64,000 nt of DNA. Source: Takakia lepidozioides (Eukaryota > Plantae > Bryophyta). The notes under the pieces were generated by a model. That model did no database searches and was not told the origin of the DNA. It saw only the letters and a list, made by a program, of their open reading frames with translations. Each line of letters starts with the position of its first letter. Position 1 is the stretch's first letter. Both the position numbers and the translations under genes were made by a program. The stretch is taken from NCBI GenBank assembly GCA_030704615.1, contig CM060732.1, positions 67,456,001-67,520,000 on the forward strand, written 5' to 3'. Below, piece by piece: positions 59,092-64,000 of this stretch.

Positions 59092-62000
59092 TCACTCGTA
59101 AACCGGGGGCTCCTCGGCCTCGATCCCAACTTCCTCCCCCTGCTCCTTCTCGGATTTTTCCTCATCCTCCGAGGATGCCTCTTCCTCTTTCAGCAGACAT
59201 TCAGCCGCTGCAAGTTCGAGTTGTGGAGGCAGTATCTGGCTCAAAGGCGAACACATGCCTGTCGGACAACGTCCCTGCCACATTGAAGCACATGAGGAAC
59301 AAAGCGGGCGGTTAATAGCTTGCGGCATGCAATTGCAATCGGGCCAGGGACAAACTGAGCACGTGAAGGCTTACCCGTGCCGCATGTGAGGTCCAGAATC
59401 CGCCCTTGGACATCTGAGCACGTCTCCGATGGTTTTTGGATGAAAGTAGGCTCCGGGTCCGGCTGTACCGCCACGGTTTGCCTGTCTTTGTGTCCTTCGG
59501 CATACTGGAGTGGGGCACATAGTTGTAGAGGACATCGTAGGTTACAGGGTCCACAGCGGCATCAACAAGACGACCGTCGTTGCGGAATTTGAACGTAGAC
59601 CCTCTCTTCAGCTATGCCTCAAACACCATGTCTGCACATCCAACAAAGAAGGGATCAACTCCAGGGTCACTTAACATACACCACAATATGAAGTGAATGC
59701 AATAGATTAATAACTTACACTTTGGCCCTCTGTTCGCAACCCCTGTGTACTGATGCAGAACCATTTTCTGAGGAGGACCGGGTGACACTTTTTGGTGTCC
59801 ACCTTGCCACCGCATTCTCTGTGGTCTTCCTCTCGTGGCAAGGACAACCATACATCCACCGTCATCCAGAAGCATCCCCGCCAGCCCAACCCGACTTTCC
59901 AGTAGTCCCTCAGTAAACCTGTTCCAGGGTGGCACCCATCCAGGCCCTCCAGCAGCTCCCCATCTGGAATGTTGAGGAGAATCATATCGGCAAGCTCTCT
60001 CCACCTCAAAACCCCCCCCCCCCCCCGAGTGCTCTTGCAATCCGTGCTCACCGCCGTGAAGAATTCCATCATGGCTTCAAAACCAGGGGTGTCTTTAGGC
60101 TCTGTAACCGCCAGCCCTCTTCTTGGCTTTCCCTTCTGCTCCGCCAGAGACTTGCTGTGTGCCACCTTCTTCGCCCTGGCAGCGAGAGAGCGTCAAGGAA
60201 GCTCTCATTGACGCATTGGATGATGGTTGGAGGTTCTAGCTTTGGCCTGTGCGTAAACGTCACCGCCGAATACCGCCGTGTAGGCTCGCCCTCAAATGCC
60301 AACCACTCCGAACTGACTTGGGAACCCGGACGACCGTGACTGGGTAGGAGCAACAGCAGTCACAGGACCTTGAACAAAGTCGTCGTCCGAGTCACTCTCT
60401 TGGTTCCCCTCCTACGCCTCCTCCGATGCCCTATGGTTTTCTTCTTTTTGGGTGTTACTGCACTCACCTGTTTCCTTGTCCTTTTCCTTTGGCCTTTACT
60501 CTTCTCATGCAATTTCTCCTGAATTCCTGCCTGAGCAAGCTCTGCCGCTTCCTGGAGTTTGCAAGCGCTTTTACCTCTTTTGCACCCAACGGAGGCAGCG
60601 GAGCCCGGTTTCGTCGGAATTCAGCATCCAGCTTCAATTGAAACTCGGATGGGTCGAGCGAGCCGGGCGGAAGGTCCACATACCAAGGGCAATCACGCAA
60701 ATGTTCCAGATGCCACTCCTTCACAATATCGTCATTGTACATGGAGTCAGCCCCAGGGTTCCTCCATGCCAGGAAGAATGGTGGCTCGAAGACAGATGAC
60801 CTTTCTCAAAAGGGAGAACTTGCAGTACCTGCATTCATGAAAAACACAATGAGGCCCTGAAATGCATATTCGGCACCATTTTCCCCAGGTTGGGGCAGAT
60901 GTGAGTGGGCCTAGAAATGGAAAATGGCGCCGAATTTCGGTTTTCGGTGACTGCCACCCTAGGGACTTAGCCATCTTGGGAGCCCTAAACTGGAAATTCC
61001 GGCGCCATTTTTCCCGGTTTGGCCCGAAGATGGCTAAGTCCAGAACCGCATAGGGCTAGAACTGGAAAAATGGCGCCGAATTTCCAATTCAGGGCCAGCC
61101 ACCCTAGGGACTTAGCCGAAAATGGCTACGTCCCTGAACTGCAATAGGGCCTAGAATTGGAAAAATGGCCGAATTTCCAGTTCGGGGCTAGCCAGTCTAG
61201 GGACTTAGCCCGAAAATGGCTAAGTCCCTGAACGCAATAGGGCCTAGAACTAGAAATGGCGCCGAATTTCCAGTCCGGGCCAGCCACCCTAGGGACTTAG
61301 CCCGAAAATGGCTAAGTTCCTGAACGGCAATAGGGCCTGGAACTGGAAAATGGCGCCCGAATTTCCAGTTCAGTGCCAGTCAGTCTAGGGACTTAGCCCT
61401 TTTTCGGAGCCTGACTGGAATTCGGCGCCATTTTCCCTAACACCACATGAGCCTCTAACATCTGAAATGCAAGGACTTGAAAGAAAGGCAGCGCGTATGT
61501 ACCTGTACAGAAGGCGCATTGCTGCTTGTGTCCGCGTTCGGCTGGTCGGTGAACTCGTGCTCCGGCGAGCATCTGCTATCTCCCGAAAAAAGAGGTTGGT
61601 TTGTAAGTAGAAAGTACCTCGTCACATAGTCCGCGTAGGCTCTCTGCTGCAGAGATATCTCCATCTTGAACAACCTTGCCTCTTCCTGAAAAAATACAAT
61701 GAATCCCCCCTACTTGAGTAGAAGCCCCAAACGAGTGGTGGCGTGGGAAGTACCTGAAACCACCATGTCATGCGGTTCATCCACATGTCGAATGTGTGGT
61801 CAGAGAGTTGTCCGGTTTTGGGGAAGCTCCACATGTCCCTGGTACTTTGGGAACCATTCCAGATTTGGAGCCACCGGGTCTGTCCAACCACCCAGCATAT
61901 TCGTAAGCGCCAAACACCCACAAAAGGGTTGTTGTCCACCACAATTTGGTTAAGAATGTATCACCTTTTCTGTTGCATCCACACAGGTGTGGCTAGACGA

Positions 62001-62100
62001 TGGAGCTTCTCCAATGTCATCGTGGGCTTCAGAGCGGAGAGTAGTGCTTCCCCACCTCCCCCAGAAAGTCGGCACCAAGGGCGGGATCAGCTATGGCCAC
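59092..62100 (-). pseudogene. Multi-exon pseudogene ending in a beta-class amino (N4-cytosine/N6-adenine) DNA methyltransferase-like domain
   Basis: ADMILLNIPDG (~59992-59960, motif-IV-like) then VPPWN..LL......LLDDGG. DVLYNY...GKPWR..R, then FIQ...TCSDVQGRILDLTCGTG (motif I, ~59400-59375) spliced across a 100-nt GT-AG intron to TLSDRHVFAFEPD (motif II), followed by an acidic tail. Stop at 59614-59612 plus frameshifts. Upstream Trp-rich exons at ~60830-60470 and ~62100-61503. Confidence 0.65.
60905..61436. repeat. ~93-bp tandem repeat of paired hairpins, in a probable intron
   Basis: CTAGGGACTTAGCC recurs at ~60959, 61104, 61197, 61289 and 61385. Units contain a GGGACTTAGCC..GGCTAAGTCCC inverted repeat and TGGAAAATGGCGCCGAATTTCCA. 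Confidence 0.9.
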
Positions 62101-62169
62101 GTACTTTACCAATCCGACTTGTACTTTATGCGGGCCCTCACCTCCGCAGCTTTGACATCCTTTGAGGGG

Positions 62170-63660
62170 GCCCCGATGGAAATTTGGCGCCGAATTTCCA
62201 TCCGGGGGATGGTCTCTGTCGGAGAGGTGCCGGCCTCTCCGCCGCTCTGTTTGGATATTCGGTGCCGAATTTCCGTCCGGGGGTTGAAATATGACGGCCA
62301 ATTGCCGGCCTCTCCCCCCCCCCCCGACTGCATTGGAACGGCCCCGGATGGAAATTCGGCGCCGTTTTTTCCATCTGGGGAGGTTTTAAATCGGCCAGTT
62401 TTTTTCGGCCTGACCCCCCTGACCCCCCGACGACTTCCTTGGGGGGGCCCAGATGGAATTCGGCGCCGAATCTCCATCCAGGGGATGCTCTCTGTCGAAC
62501 ACGTGCCGGCCTCTACGCCCGAGGCGACTTCATCCGGGCGTCCCCTGTTGGATATTCGGTGCCGAATTTCCGTCCGGGGGTTGAAATGTGACGGCCAGGT
62601 GCCGGCCTCCCCCCTCCCCGACTGTATTGGAACGGCCTGGATGAAATTCGGCGCCGTTTTTCCATCTGGGGAGGTTTTTATGTCGGCCAGTTTTCGGCTG
62701 ACCCCCCGACACGACTTCCTTTGGGGGGGGGCCGGATGGAAATTCGGCGCCGAATCTCCATCCAGGGGATACTCTCTGTCGAACACGTGCCGGCCTCTAC
62801 GCCCGAGGCGACTTCATCCGGGCGTCCCCTGTTGGATATTGGTGCCGAATTTCCGTCCGGGGGTTGAAATGTGACGGCTAGGTGCCGGCCTCTCCCCCCT
62901 CCCCGACTGCATTGGAACGGCCCCGGATGGAAATTCGGTGCCGTTTTTCCATCTGGGGAGGTTTTTATGCCGGCCAGTTTTCGGCCTGACCCCCCGACAC
63001 GACTTCCTTTGGGGGGGCCCGGATGGAAATTCGGCGCCGAATCTCCATCCAGGGGATGCTCTCTGTCGAACACGTGCCGGCCTCTACGCCCGAGGCGACT
63101 TCATCCGGGCGTCCCCTGTTGGATATTTGGTGCCGAATTTCCGTCCGGGGGTTGAAATGTGACGGCCTCTCCCCCTCCCCGACTGCATCCGAACCGCCCT
63201 GGATGGAAATTCGGCGCCGTTTTTCCATCTGGGGATGTTTTTATGCCGGCCAATTTTCAGCCTGACCCCCCGACACGACTTCCTTTGGGGGGGCCCGGAT
63301 GGAAATTCGGCGCCGAATCTCCATCCAGGGGATGCTCTCTGTCGAACACGTGCCGGCCTCTACGCCCGAGGCGACTTCATCCGGGCGTCCTCTGTTGGAT
63401 ATTCGGTGCCGAATTTCCGTCCGGGGGTTGAAATGTGCCGGCCAGGTGCCGGCCTCTCCCCCCTCCCCGACTGCATCCGAACCGTCCCGGATGGAAATTT
63501 GGCGCCGTTTTTCCATCTGAAGATGTTTTTATGCCGGCCAGTTTTTGGCATGACCCCCCGACACGACTTCCTTCGGGGGGGGGGGCCGGATGGAAATTCG
63601 GCGCCGAATCTCCATCCAGGGGATGCTCTCTGTTGCACACGCGCCGGCCTCTGCGCCCGA
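62170..63660. repeat. ~285-bp GC-rich tandem repeat (~5 copies) built on a 30-bp palindrome
   Basis: Units start at ~62175, 62451, 62734, 63021, 63297 and 63588. Each carries GGATGGAAATTCGGCGCCGAAT(C/T)TCCATCC plus two diverged copies of that motif. Confidence 0.95.
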
Positions 63661-63667
63661 GGCGGCT

Positions 63668-63992
63668 TTGGGAGCATTTCTCGGTTGATATCTGGACAGG
63701 TCTGCGCCACCATTTGGACGGAATATCCCATGGACATCCGCATTGTTGATGTCGTTGCAGTGGATTCATTGATACATTATACGGACGTGGATGGGACAGG
63801 CTCGAGCAGTCCAGCATAGTTACAGGGTCAGCAATCTTCATGAATGCGGTTCACAGTCCTGCAGGTAGTGAAATAGATAGAGGGTGACTATCTCGGAACG
63901 GATTAGTTCGTTCAAACTAGTCGATTGATGACTCCAGCAACGTATGCGATCGGCCCAACGGCATCGGAAACTGCAAGTACGATGCTGGACTG
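63668..63992 (+). repeat. Dispersed ~320-bp repeat, copy 2 (copy 1 at 21662-21984)
   Basis: Direct near-identity with 21662-21984; abuts the 285-bp array. Confidence 0.9.
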
Positions 63993-64000
63993 GACTGCGA

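Noticed and set aside
60905-63660. CRISPR-like array (palindromic repeats at regular spacing)
   Set aside because: The intervening sequences are themselves repeated rather than unique spacers, there are no cas genes, and the context is eukaryotic.
61987-63841. Many overlapping 70-295-aa ORFs on both strands
   Set aside because: Products of a GC-rich palindromic tandem repeat.

Overview
Intron-rich nuclear DNA from a land plant; a bryophyte-like genome is my inference from the gene and repeat content. The left third (2-21 kb) holds three intact spliced genes: PRORP (protein-only RNase P, minus), ABCI17/STAR1 (minus) and NUDX14 (plus). Small TIR elements sit among them, including one with a piggyBac-type TTAA-CCC...GGG-TTAA structure. 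The 21-36 kb region is a mosaic of repeats and decayed gene pieces: a germ-cell-less-like BTB pseudogene, a DPB4 first exon and orphan exons. The right 28 kb is a nested TE block with a ~10.6 kb CACTA element (divergent TnpD/TnpA, captured FCP1-like phosphatase domain), a ParB/Srx-like exon, a Ty3/Gypsy retrotransposon, a decayed beta-class N4C/N6A methyltransferase-like gene and palindromic tandem arrays. The strongest candidate for a novel system is the Gypsy element, whose pol carries a C5-cytosine DNA methyltransferase domain between protease and RT. A second TE-embedded DNA methyltransferase of a different chemistry lies ~7 kb away. All family assignments are from motif recognition by eye; no searches were run.
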